Below, one piece after another: positions 49,879-61,062 of a DNA stretch of 64,000 nucleotides (position 1 is the stretch's first letter; each line of letters begins with the position of its first letter). The stretch comes from Vitrella brassicaformis CCMP3155 (Eukaryota > Protista > Chromerida): the NCBI GenBank assembly GCA_001179505.1, contig CDMY01000261.1, positions 62,001 through 126,000 of the forward strand, in the 5' to 3' direction. The notes beneath the pieces are model-generated. The model saw only the letters and a list, made by a program, of their open reading frames with translations, searched no databases and was not told the DNA's origin. A program made the position numbers and the translations under genes.

Positions 49879-52800
49879 TCATGCGCCCCCTCGGCCCACG
49901 GGCAGTTGGCTCCTGCGAGACGACGACACCTCCCCAAACGAAGAAAACCAGCTCCGGAGGGACATCCGCAGCCGGGGCGCGCTATTAGCCCCGGCCGCCT
50001 GCCCATCCTCGCCACACGCGCCACTCTCCCGCTCAGTGTCGCGGCGCTCTATCGGCTCGTCACACTCGGGGATGCTCGGCAGCACCGTCAGTGCCTGTGA
50101 GCGGCACCGCGCCCCTCGTGTACCGCCCTTGGCCCGCCTCCCGCCACCATAGCTGCGCGGCAGCACCGACGGCCGCGTGTTGGTGTAGTGGTAGGTGGAG
50201 TAGAGGACAGCGGCATGGCGAGCTTCAGCCGCCGACTGGAGGTCCGGCAGCGAGGAGCGACGGTGGGTGTGGGGCTGCATGAGAGGGTGGAAAGTGGTGC
50301 TGGTGGTCCGGGCGCCGGGAGGGGGGAACGACTGGTTGACAGACGGCAGCGACCGCGACCGCTGCACGGGCATGGTGGGCGCGTGCTGCTGCTGCTGCGG
50401 TTGTGTGTCAGTGTGGTGGTCGTCGAATGCCTCATCCTCCTCTGGCGTCCACCAGGGGTCGATGTCGTCATCATTGCCGGAGCTCAGGGGGTCGCTCGAT
50501 GGCGTGTGGGGCGACTCGTCGCCCTCATTGTCACAGAGGCCGTCATCGTCGGGAAGGCATGACAGGCCGCTGCCGTAGAGATGAGGACTGTCGCTCATCG
50601 ACCGCCAAAGGACCCGGGCCCCCTCTGCCGCCTCGCCGTCATCCTCTGGTCCGTCGGGCGACACGCCGAGGGGCTCCAGCGGGACAGCTGGGGTGGTGCC
50701 GTCACTCCTCACGTTGTCTGTCTGAGGAGCGGCCTCCCGCTCCCCTTTCTCCCTCTCCTGCCTCTCCGGTAGACTGTTGCCGTCGGCGGTGTTCTGCTGT
50801 GGCCTCATCCACGCCTCCAGGAACTGGGCCATGCCCCTCACCTCACCCTCCTGGCCGCCCTGCTCCTGCCCCAGCCGGCGCTGCGAGAGCTTGAGGCTGA
50901 GCAGACTGGTGGGCGGCTTCTCCGGCAACGAATGACACATAGGAAAGGTTGCGCTGGTCGACGCCTCGTCCAGCCCGAGGGCGAGGGGAGGGAGGGCGAA
51001 GGAGCCGCACGCCGCCAGGCCCTGTGGGGGCATCTCCGCCTTGGCCACAGGGTAGGACGCCGGCTGTGCGAGGCAGCCGCGCGAGAGTGCGGCGAAGATG
51101 GTGCGGGGTGGGAATGGCGGCGAGTCGTCGCTGGACGTGGAGCACGACTCGGCGCACGACAGTGGCGACGGGGTGGCGACCATCCGGCACATGGATGGGG
51201 GCGAGGCCGGGATGGGCTCCGTTAAAACCTTGAGTGTCTTGCGCAGCTGCTTCTGCCCATCCGCCACGGCACGGCGACCCTCGGGCGACAGCAACCCACT
51301 CCGCAGAGTGTCCTGAAATGCACATACATACACATTGCACACGTGATCGATGCACCGCACCCAACCAAGTGTGTGGTCTGACTCGCCGGTCACTCACTCA
51401 CTCACCTCGAGGGCCTCGATGTTCTGCCTGAGTTGTGTTTGCGAGTGGCATGCAATCGGGATGTTGAGGAAAAAAGGAATCGCACCTTCCACGAGGTAGC
51501 GTTCCTGCAGCGCCCTGTCCTTCTCCTCCACCATACTCACCCCCACTCCCATCCCCACACCACTGATGCCCTGAGCGATATCCAAAACTTCAGCAGTGAC
51601 CGACGCCACCAGCACCTCCAGCGCGGCACCCACAGGCCCCTCACACAGCCGGCCGCCCGGCGGCGACAATGGCTCCTCGTCACTGCCATTGGTAATGCTA
51701 GACAGGGCGGCTCGCGAGAGCGGAGAAACGGCGGGGCATGTGGGGGCTGGTGGGGAAAACGAAGCGGACGGGAAGGATGTGGCGAGTGAGGATGGGGTGG
51801 AGGCAGACGTGGAGAAGGACGACGGGGAAGGGCAAGCCGTCAGCGATGGCGACGCCTTGGGGTTGAGCGACGGCCCCACCGAGTCGGGGGACGACGCGTG
51901 CACCGTCCGCTGGGACAGGGGCGAGTCCGGCCACAACATCTGACACACATATGACACACACGTCAACAGCACGTAATGGGGATCAGTTGTGTGTGAGTGT
52001 GTGTGTCCCTGGCCCACTCATTCCCTGCCTCTCGGCTCACCAGTTTGGAGCATGTGGAATCGACGGGCGACTCCATGGCACATGCGCATGACGGCCCACA
52101 GAGGCACTGGCCGACACACCGGCCGCAGCACCCGCTCTGTGGCCGCAGATACACCTTGAGCAAAAGAACCAGGCACGCCAGCTTCAGCTTTCGCGGAATC
52201 TGATTGAACCATCAAGCAAAGCAATCCATCAACACGAGCCGTATGAATGAATGCATGGCTCATACGTCAGATGCCGCTCCGTCCCATTGCCACTAACTGA
52301 CCTGTTTACGCCTCTCTTGCTCGAGGTGCGCATGTACGGTCACGAGTTTGGCCAGCCCTGGGCCCGTGAGGAGCCTCTGCACGTCCTCTAGGCAGCCCTT
52401 GGCTCCCACACACAGACTCGACAACAGCGACATGATCGTCGCATGATACGAATACGCCTGGACAGGACAGGACAGGACAGGACAGGCAAGGCACACAACA
52501 CAGACAGGACAGGACAGGCAGAGGAGAGAGGCAACGCAACACGTCCGTCGAGGCCATGCCGGCAGTGAGACACACATGCATTTGCACATGTCCGCTCATG
52601 TGAGCGCGTGAGACATGTGTCTGTGCACCCACCAGGTCGAGATGTCTTGCGTCCAGCTGGCTCCACCAGTCAGCGTCCCCCAGCGACTCGAGCAGCTCCC
52701 CCCTGGCAGGCATGAGCGCCTCCAAGACGGCCTTGTTAAAATGCCGACATCCCCTGGCGCGATGCCCAGCAGCAGGGGAGCCACTCGTCATGGACCGGAG

Positions 52801-52920
52801 GTGCCGCAACAGCTTCGTGCGCCCTTTGAGGGACGACCGCACCAGCTCCCCCACCACCTCATCCGCCTGATCCGCCCGGGCCTCATCAGGGACCCTCTCA
52901 GCGCTCAGTGAGCTCCTCAT
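49879..52920 (-). CDS. Protein with an N-terminal RIH (RyR/IP3R homology)-like helical domain, a Cys cluster and a long disordered C-terminus, 5 exons
   Basis: Exons 52920-52633, 52457-52302, 52199-~52041, ~51941-~51406 and ~51314-49879 join in phase 0. The RIH resemblance is by recalled IP3R sequence (see findings). Confidence 0.7.
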
Positions 52921-53093
52921 GGCGGGGGTGGCGATGTGCTCCGAGTGCGGGAAGCGCCACTCGCCGTGAGGCTGCCGCCTTCCCCTCGACGGGTGCGGCA
53001 GAGTCCGGAAGATGTGGATCTAAGCAACGCCCTCCCTGTGGCATAGACGTCGTCGGAGGAGTCGGGAGCGGGCCTGTCGCTGTCGAAAATCCG

Positions 53094-53120
53094 TGCGAGC
53101 TCAAGAGGCTCGTGCGAGCT
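53094..53120 (+). promoter_or_regulatory. Two TGCGAGCT motifs (53094-53101, 53113-53120) in the divergent gap between the RIH-like and plastid genes
   Basis: ccgTGCGAGCTcaag and tcgTGCGAGCTtgc in the 224-nt gap. Confidence 0.6.
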
Positions 53121-53144
53121 TGCAGAAGAGAAGAAAGGAACGAG

Positions 53145-53914
53145 ATGGCTGGACCTACAACAACCACTGCCGCGCTGTGCTGCGCGATTGTCGTTGCCTC
53201 TGCGGGCCACGCCATGGACAGCTCCTCATTCGTGAGCCCCTTTGCGAGAGTCACGGCGCTGAAGACGTCATCCAGGCAAGCAACCAATGGAGGAGGCCCT
53301 CACTCACCTCTTCTGCCATTCATCGGTTGAGATCTTATATATGCGCATTGTTAACAGGCCCATTATTCGGCATCGGGGCACCTCGCTTGAGATGCAGTTT
53401 GGCTTTGGCAGCAAGGAGAACGAGGAGCAGAAGCAGAAGCGATTTGAGATGCAGCAGGTGATCACACACATACCAAGCCAACCCACCACACGGTGCTGCA
53501 ATCAACCGCTGGTGACTCCCTTGCTCACAGGAGATCCTTCGTAAGCGTCGCGAAGGCGATCCCCTGAAGAGCAAGTACAAGCCCAAGGAAGCCGCCGAGG
53601 GCATGCCGGGCAAATCGGAAGGAGGTGAGTCGGCCCGCGTGTGGCCTGCAAGAAACGGTCGGCCCACTCATCGTTGGTCTGACCGTCTGGCTGTGTGTGT
53701 GTGTGTGTGTGTTGTTACGGCTGCAGGATCTGTCAACTACCAGATCGGCACGTCCTTCAAGTCGCAGCCGGGTGGGGAGGACGACGGTTGGGTGCTCGTC
53801 AAGGGCAAGTGGCGCTACTACCCACAAAACGTCAAGGAAGGCGGGGGGGAGAGCGGGGCTGCCCAAGGCAAGAAAGAGGAGAAGAAGAAGACGGGGCCTT
53901 TCGGCCTCTGGTGA
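53145..53914 (+). CDS. Small probable plastid-targeted protein, 4 exons
   Basis: Exons 53145-53275, 53358-53457, 53531-53624, 53727-53914. Signal AALCCAIVVASAGHA, transit-like SSSFVSPFARVTALKTSSRPIIRHRGTSLEM, mature QFGFGSKENEEQKQKRFEMQQEILRKRR..KKTGPFGLW*. Confidence 0.8.
53276..53357 (+). other. GC-AG intron
   Basis: Donor CAG|GCAAG and acceptor AACAG|G is the junction I found that puts the signal-peptide exon in frame with the downstream exons. Confidence 0.65.
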
Positions 53915-54770
53915 GGGAGGGATGATTTGCGCCGCAGAGTCAGTAAGTCAGTGAGTCAGTCAGTCAGTCAGTCTTGAGAGAGATCAGCGAAGGTGAGTCA
54001 GGTCAGGCCATCATCTGCCCACATAACGCTAATTAGAGACAGAGAGTGGGGAGTGGGGAGTGCGGAGCAGGGGCCAGTCTGTTGGCCACCCGCCTCCTAG
54101 GGCGTGTGGATGGATGGATGGATGGATGGATGGACGGATGGATGGTAGTACTGACTAGGAGGGTTTTTTCCGTTGTCATCTGTCTGCCTGCAGCCGTGCA
54201 GCCATCTGGTTTTCCGACCGCGCCACTCAATTTTCGTGCCGTGTGTTGTGTGCTGTGCCCGTGATGTCATCACCCGCCAGTGTTTATGGTTACTACACCG
54301 GTCTCCTGCACGGTGGACGGATTTTTTCGGTCGGCAGGACTGCATATGGGTGCACTGCCGACTTCCTCTGCTCGTGCGTACGTGCCGTGAGTGAAAGAAT
54401 GGCTTCACACATATCAGCATCCCCACGCTGTCACGCACGCCTCTATGTAAGGAATGCAGAGACACCAACACCAACACGTGCATGAAGTTGCGGCTGGCAT
54501 GGGTAGCACGCAGCACAGGGAAGCTACACACGCAGACACGTACAGACAGACAGACAGACAGACAGACGGACAGACTCATAAAAAAAACGATAGGTAACAG
54601 AAATGCGCACGTACGACTCCTCCCTCCACGGATATCCACATATCAACAAGGCATGTACCTATCTACACGCATCGCAGAGCACCACAGCAAGAGACCACCT
54701 CAAACAAGACAGACACCAGCACACATATGGATCAAGCACATATATTATTCACGGGCCGCCTTCCTTTTGG

Positions 54771-55775
54771 TCACTTCCTCTTGCGAATCATCTGCTCGGC
54801 GCCCCAATCGAGGCCCTCAAACAGCCCATCACCGGTGCGGGCACACGCAGCCTGCATGGCATTCATCCACACACAGCAGCCGAGCCATCAGTGACATGCG
54901 CACGTGTCTCGCCGTGTTTGCTCTGCCTCTCCGCATGTGGTGCGTGTGCGCGGTATGTGTACCTGGATGAACCAGGGGCGTCTGGTGATGGTGTTGAGTG
55001 CCAGGCGGTCGGCCAGCTGGGCGGCAGACAGGGCGCCAGGCAAGTCCTGCTTGTTGGCGTACACCAGCAGAGCCGCGTCGGCCAACTCCTGCACAACAAG
55101 CCAGGCCAGACAAGGTGGCAACGAACAAGACGTGCCAGCTGTGGGATCAGCGGCTGGCTCACCGGCTCCCTGAGGGTGCTGTGGAGCTCCTCGGCTGACT
55201 CGTCCAGACGCTCCGCTGCATAAGGAACGACAACAAAGAGAATGATGCTTGCCTCAAAGTCGGCTGGAATGTGTGTGTGGGGGATTTCTGTGTGGGGATT
55301 GCTTCGTACCGTCAGAGCTGTCGACCACCCAGATGATCAGATCGATGTTGGGGTAGTAATAACGCCACAGCTGAAAAATGAGCACACACACACGGACGGG
55401 CGCCAACTCGGGCTGCTAGGTGTCTCCGCCCCTTCCGCCCTCCTGTCTTCCCTTCCCGTAGGCACCTGTCGTATCTTGTGCTGTCCGCCGATATCCCACA
55501 CAGTGAAGTTGAGGTTGCGATATTCCACCGTCTCGACATTGAACCCGATCGTGGGCACAGTAGTGACCACTTCGCCGAGGCGGATTTTATACAGCAGCGT
55601 CGTCTTCCCAGCGGCATCGAGGCCTACCATGACGGCACGGCAGGGCTTCTGGCTGCTCACCAAGGACAACAGCTGAATGGACACATACACACACACACAC
55701 ACATACGCCGGCAGGCAGAAGATATCAAAACATATGAGAGGTGGGGGATGGTACTTCGGAAACGAAGAGACCCAT
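54771..55775 (-). CDS. ARF: ADP-ribosylation factor family GTPase (divergent Arf paralog), 6 exons
   Basis: MGLFVSE / [69 protein letters not shown] / [20 protein letters not shown] / [12 protein letters not shown].. / [16 protein letters not shown] / [16 protein letters not shown]. Confidence 0.92.
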
Positions 55776-56019
55776 GGTTGACGGCTGAGGAAGACGGAAC
55801 AGGTACCTCGGGCAAGAAGCGGGGGAACAGGCACCGAGGGACAGAGTCTATCCGCAAGTATAGCACCCCAGATGCCAACAGATGATCAGCCACAGGGCGA
55901 TTGAAGCGGAGAACAGGACAAACACGAAAGGTGTGGGGCAGCTGCCGATGCGTAGACAGTCTGAGCTCCATCTCCGTCAAATTGCGTGGCTCCTACACTT
56001 TCTGACGTCACGCCAGTCT

Positions 56020-56027
56020 TGCGAGCT
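56020..56027 (+). promoter_or_regulatory. TGCGAGCT motif in the divergent gap between ARF and the coiled-coil gene
   Basis: tctTGCGAGCTcg between ATG 55775(-) and ATG 56112(+). Confidence 0.55.
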
Positions 56028-56111
56028 CGTCTGAGTCTGCGGGCCCCCACCCACCCCCAACTGGAGGCAATTGACTTGAGGAAGCACGTGCCATACACAC
56101 AATATGCGAGG

Positions 56112-57533
56112 ATGACAGGGCAACCTTTCAAGCCGCCAGCGGTGCGGCCGCAGCTTACCACCCCCCTATTGCCAAACATCCGCGAGAGGAGGCGCAGGCA
56201 GGATGAAAGGAAACACCGCCTGGCCATCGAGAGGGCGGCGCAGGTGGGGAAAGACATTCTTGTGTACGACATGCACTTATCCATGCCTTGCACTGCAGGC
56301 TACGATGGCAGAGGAGGATTTGGCAAGCTCTGAAGGTTCCTCCTCTCCCCCAGTCGCCATATGTGCGCCAGCCACCCACCCCCAATTCCCTTCGATTCAC
56401 CAGCACAGGACGCCAAACAGCCGCCGTCTCTACGCGACAGAAAGAATGCCAGCGGTAGACAGAAGTGACTACTTGTCGTCGCATTCATGCCCGACACTCA
56501 CTTCTGTTTTCTTTCTTTCCCTTCCGGTCCATTCAGGGACATCATCACACTCGTGGCTACAGCACAATGACGTCCACACACATGGTACCCTTCGGGTACA
56601 GCAACCACCGCGACATGGTCACCCGCTCAACCGACAATGACGGCAGCATATGTCTGCTGCCATCGCCGGAGCAGCTGGGGGACTTCATGAATGAGCAGCT
56701 GAGGGACCTGAGACAAGAATTGACGAACCTCCTGCACGCCAAGAAGACACTGGTCGGGTCACTGGTCGAACCATCCCACTTTCCATATTCTTCTCTGCCA
56801 TCTGAGTCACGTCGTTTCTGTGTGCGATGCGATGCGATGCGATGCGATGCAGACGCGTCGCGTGCGTTTCCTGCAGGACCGTTTGGATGCGGTGAGCAGT
56901 GCGCGTGACGACGAGTCTCAATCGGGTCGGCACTACCTGAGGGCACTCCAGCAGGAGATCCGGACACGGGAACGACTTGAGGAGGAGGTTGAAGAGCTGA
57001 GGCTGCACGCCAAGCAGCAGCAGAGGAATGTGGAAGCTCAGAGGGGCAAGTGGCTGCGCGAGTTTGGCAGCTCAGGGGCGTTTCTGACGGCCAAGGGCGG
57101 CCAGGCTCACTATGAAGCACTGCAGGTATCCATGAGGGTCGACAGGGCAAGGAGTGCAAATATCAACGCCCCTGACGGCGGCATTGCGTGCAGGCTGAGG
57201 TGCGGTCACTGCGTGCGCAGCTGCAGAAGTTCCGCACCGATACGGAGAAGGAGGAGACCCTTGCCCGCCTGGAGCATGACAACCACGTGCAGGCTTCGAT
57301 GATACGGAAGCTGCAGGAGGCCCTCGGCGAGGCGCAGGCAGCCGTTAAGATCCTACAGACGAAGGTCAGTCAGGTGTCGTGCAGCCTGACAATACACCGA
57401 ATTTTCAATGGCGTTGCGTGTACCGCTTTACCAGCTGCAGAGATCGTACCAACAGGCAGAGCTTGTGGAAGGGGTGGCAGAAGAGACACACAGACAGACG
57501 CTGCCTGCCGAGAGTGACCCAAGAGACACATGA
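56112..57533 (+). CDS. Hypothetical coiled-coil protein, 6 exons
   Basis: Phase-0 exons MTGQPFKPP..ERAAQ / ATMAEED.. / ..NEQLRDLRQELTNLLHAKKTL / DRLDAV..YEALQ / AEVRSLRAQLQK..LQTK / LQRSYQQ..PRDT*. The start could lie further upstream. Confidence 0.7.
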
Positions 57534-58212
57534 GCTGGCGGAGAGTGCGCTGATTGGTTGAAGAGAGATTCATGTGCGTACGTTCCCATTGTGGTGTCTT
57601 CTCCTTGCTGACGTCGAGTGGGTGTGCGGCGAGTGTATGTGCGTGTTGATATGCACAAGTCCGTGTGTGTACCTATGTACGTGTGGACAGGACGGGCAAG
57701 CCGGCCTTCTCTGATTGACTGTCTGTCTGTTGATCTGCCCTCTACTGAATGATATGCATGCCATGTGTACACATCCGGTAGGCCGCATCCGTTCGACCAT
57801 CCATTCAGAAGCTCGGGTCCCAAGTCCAGTAGCGAGAAATGCATTCAGAGGGCATAGCATACAAGGATTGGCGTGTGGGGTGGGGGGTGGGGTGGAGTGG
57901 ATTCCATTGGATAGATAGACAGGCAGACCAACCGCAGCGAATGGTAAGAGCCGATACATTGATACATCATGAGACAGACAGACAGACAGACAGACAGAGA
58001 GACAGAGAGACACACAGATCGGCCTATGTGCTGCCCTGCACGCTCTGACAAATCACTGGATGGAGAAAAAGATGGCAGGCAGGCAGGCAGGCAGGCAGCC
58101 TCTCCCCTCTCTCTCTCCCTCTTCCCGATGTACGCATCTCATCACCCACTCGCTGTGCACCAACCCAGCCGCCCCCCCACCATCCCACCCACATATATCT
58201 CCCTGATCGCAA

Positions 58213-59471
58213 TCAGATCTCCCACACCGGCTTGTTGGCGTCAGTGGTTTTCTTGGCCTTCTTCTTCTGCACAACACGACGCACAGCACCTCGGTACAGT
58301 GTGTTGCCATGTGTGTGCCATCTGTGTGTGCGTACGTTTCTGTCGAGGTATTTGTGTATGTGTGTCTTGATGGCGTTGGTCTTGGCCACGTCCAAAGGCG
58401 TCAGGCGCTCGTTGTCCTCCATGTCAGCAAATACCTGCTTGTCGGGAAAGTCAGACAGCAAACACTTCACCTACGCACCATAGACACCAGAGAGGGAGAT
58501 CCAGAGACACGTGATCATCCCGCCAGCCTTCCTCTCCTCCTGTGTGTGACCGCGTCCTCTGCGCCACTTCGCGCCGCCAGGTGTAGGGGAGTCAACCTGC
58601 ACGCAGCCACAGTGATTGCGCGCGTCCATATGTCTACGATGTGTCATGTCTCCTCACTTACAGTGCGATTGTCGGTTTGTTGATGTCGGCCCCATGGTCC
58701 ACCAGCCACTTGATGGCGCGGGGATGGTTGCCGACGCACGCAAAGTGCAGTGCCGTGCGGCCCAACTTGGTCTCAGCATTCACGTCAACACCTAACAAGA
58801 ATTATATGAAGCCACGTCTCAGCCCATCATCAGCCAGCCGACCGACCGACCAGCGCTGAGTGCGAGTTGAATGATGTCGACCTCCCCTTGCCAGGCGCCA
58901 TGGTGCAGCAACGTCTGAGTGGAGAGACAGACGCACACATGACGGAACGCCCGTGTCCGCGCCGAAGCGCGCACGCACCATCTCGCTCTCTGGGTCTTTG
59001 ACGGAGAAATCCACGTCAAAAGCCTGCAATGCCCTGCGTTGCAGAACGGTAGGAAAAGAAGACAGTAATCGATCAGAGGGCCCAACATGGAGGAGAGAGG
59101 AGATTTCACACACCGGATCTTCTCAAAATCTGGCTTCTCCTTCGTGATCTCCTGCATCAACTGCACCCATCCATCCATGCGCCAGCACAGACAGAGGCGC
59201 ACACACGTACACACGCAAGATTCCCCAGCCCCCATGAATGAATGAATGCTTTCTATACCTGCCTAGTACCTACCTTCATCTGGAAGCGTCTTGCGAGTGT
59301 GACGGACTGTCTGGCCTCCGACGAACGCTTCCCCCCCATCGGACTCTGGGCCTCCTTGATCAACTCCTCCGCCTCATGATCGATCTCGTCGTCATGACCC
59401 TCATCCCCACCCTTGCTCAGACGTACACCTCGCAACTCCTCAGCGATGAGCGACACATCTGCTGCTGCCAT
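58213..59471 (-). CDS. Small ankyrin-repeat protein, 8 exons
   Basis: Ankyrin motifs TLLHHGAWQGEVDII, GRTALHFACVGNHPRAIKWLVDHGADIN, LTPLHLAARSG, LTPLDVA; exon phases are consistent. Confidence 0.88.
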
Positions 59472-59647
59472 CCTCCCGACACTCAGCCTGCATGCCAAGA
59501 CAGACATCGGTGGGAAAGACAGTCACTGACAGTCACTAACATGGGGCCGTCAAGAAAGCGCGAAGGGCCTGCGTTTCCTCTCACCTATGCGATCAACGGG
59601 GGAAGTTGATATTCCTCCTCTCCTCTCTCTCTTTTCTTGGCTTCTTC

Positions 59648-59655
59648 TGCGAGCT
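59648..59655 (+). promoter_or_regulatory. TGCGAGCT motif upstream of the ankyrin gene
   Basis: ttcTGCGAGCTaag, about 177 nt from ATG 59471(-). Confidence 0.5.
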
Positions 59656-59869
59656 AAGCTAGGGGGCCCCCAAATGGCGAGAATCGTCGCGACTTTCTGT
59701 CTCTGTCTTTCACTCCCTTTTCTTGTTCGTTTCTCTGCGTTCGCTCAGCCTGCTATTTCTTTCTGCGTTTTCCACTCTGCAGCCACCCTGCCGCCAAAGG
59801 CCTCAGCGCCAGGGATAAAGAAAGAGGCAGTCATCCGACCTTGGGCGACGGCCACGTGAGCCTGATGGA

Positions 59870-61040
59870 GCCCGCGATGCCCGAATGGAGGCGCGCGCCA
59901 CCCGGCCTCAAGAGTGTCACGGTGCGCCAGCTGTAGCCAGCTGCTTTCGTCGGGCAAAGTTTCTCTGCGGACGCCTTAAAGGGTTGGAGGAAGGCATTGA
60001 GGTACTCACGCACACGCCATCGCTCCGTCGTGAGTGGCGTTTCAGGTCAAACACTCCGCCAGTGTGGTGAGCACTGTACTTAAACTCGCACAGTGTGAAG
60101 TTGTAGAGGGCAGAGAAGATACACCGTGGTCTGGTGCTCTCCTCTTCTCTCTTGCCCTCTCTGCGGTTCTGCACGGCCAGCCATGTCAGTGCCGATTAGT
60201 GTCACAGGTCGCCTCCCTCCCCCTTGTCCCCGGCCGCCGCCGCCAATCGATATCGACGCCGACATCCACGTGGAAAAACACAAGACCGGTACGCAGGAGG
60301 GAGGGAGAGACGCCATTCAACAATCGGACGCGTGCAGATTCAACTTGCACGGACATGCCGCAGCGCCCGTGGGAAGGGCAGGAGAGCCAGGTGAGTAAGT
60401 GTCACACACACACACACACGCACACACAGAGAGAGAGAGAGAGAGAGACAGGAGTACGGCGTACGCTCCTCACCTGGGATGGGCGTCTGTTCCAGATGAC
60501 CTCCACGTGGGAGGTTGAGCGGCGCCTGGCAGCCGTCTGTATTGAACTGGGGAGTTCCCGAGGGGTGGAGAGAGAAGTCATACAATTGGACAGGAGGCAG
60601 GTCGGGGAGAGGGAGGAGCGGCGTGACCCCTGGATGAGGAAATCGTATCTGGAGGACAAGCGGGTGCTCCCATCACAGCAGCAGCGCGCCCGTGGACAGG
60701 GCAGGGCCGGCAGGCAGGCAACTCGACAGACAACGGCCGACCGTCATGGCCGCTTTGACGATGACCTGTGTTCTGTGGAGAGCGAGGTGAGTGAGTGGGG
60801 CTCGTATGTCGATGCACGCTCCTCACCTGCGATGGGCGTCTGTTCTTCGTCCATTCAGATGAGGTCCAGGTGAGAGGTTGAGCAGCTGGCGCCAGCGGTC
60901 CGTGTTCCTGTTGCTGGAGCCTGCAGAAGAGGTGTAATTGGAAAGCAGGCAGATTGGCGAGAGCTGGATGCGAGAGCTGAAACAGGGAATTCCTTCCTTG
61001 TACGCGGGAGCAAACACAACAGGCGGAAACAGCGGCTGAG
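59870..61040 (+). pseudogene. Decayed coding-like segment with an internal degenerate duplication
   Basis: In-frame TAG in the first exon-like block. The segment near 60465-60640 (TLLTWDGRLF..EVE..LDRRQVGE..WMR) recurs near 60815-60980 (TLLTCDGRLF..) with frameshifts and stops. Confidence 0.4.
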
Positions 61041-61062
61041 AGCAGATAGGAAGAGCAGCAGC

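Noticed and set aside
52898-53501. Upstream minus-strand exons extending the RIH-like gene toward a full IP3 receptor
   Set aside because: These frames are antisense to a well-formed plus-strand gene and to the motif-bearing gap, and I found no phase-consistent junction to the 52920 frame.
56003-56010. CRE palindrome TGACGTCA
   Set aside because: It also occurs in an intron (about 4214) and at 63801; too few and too scattered to support a call.
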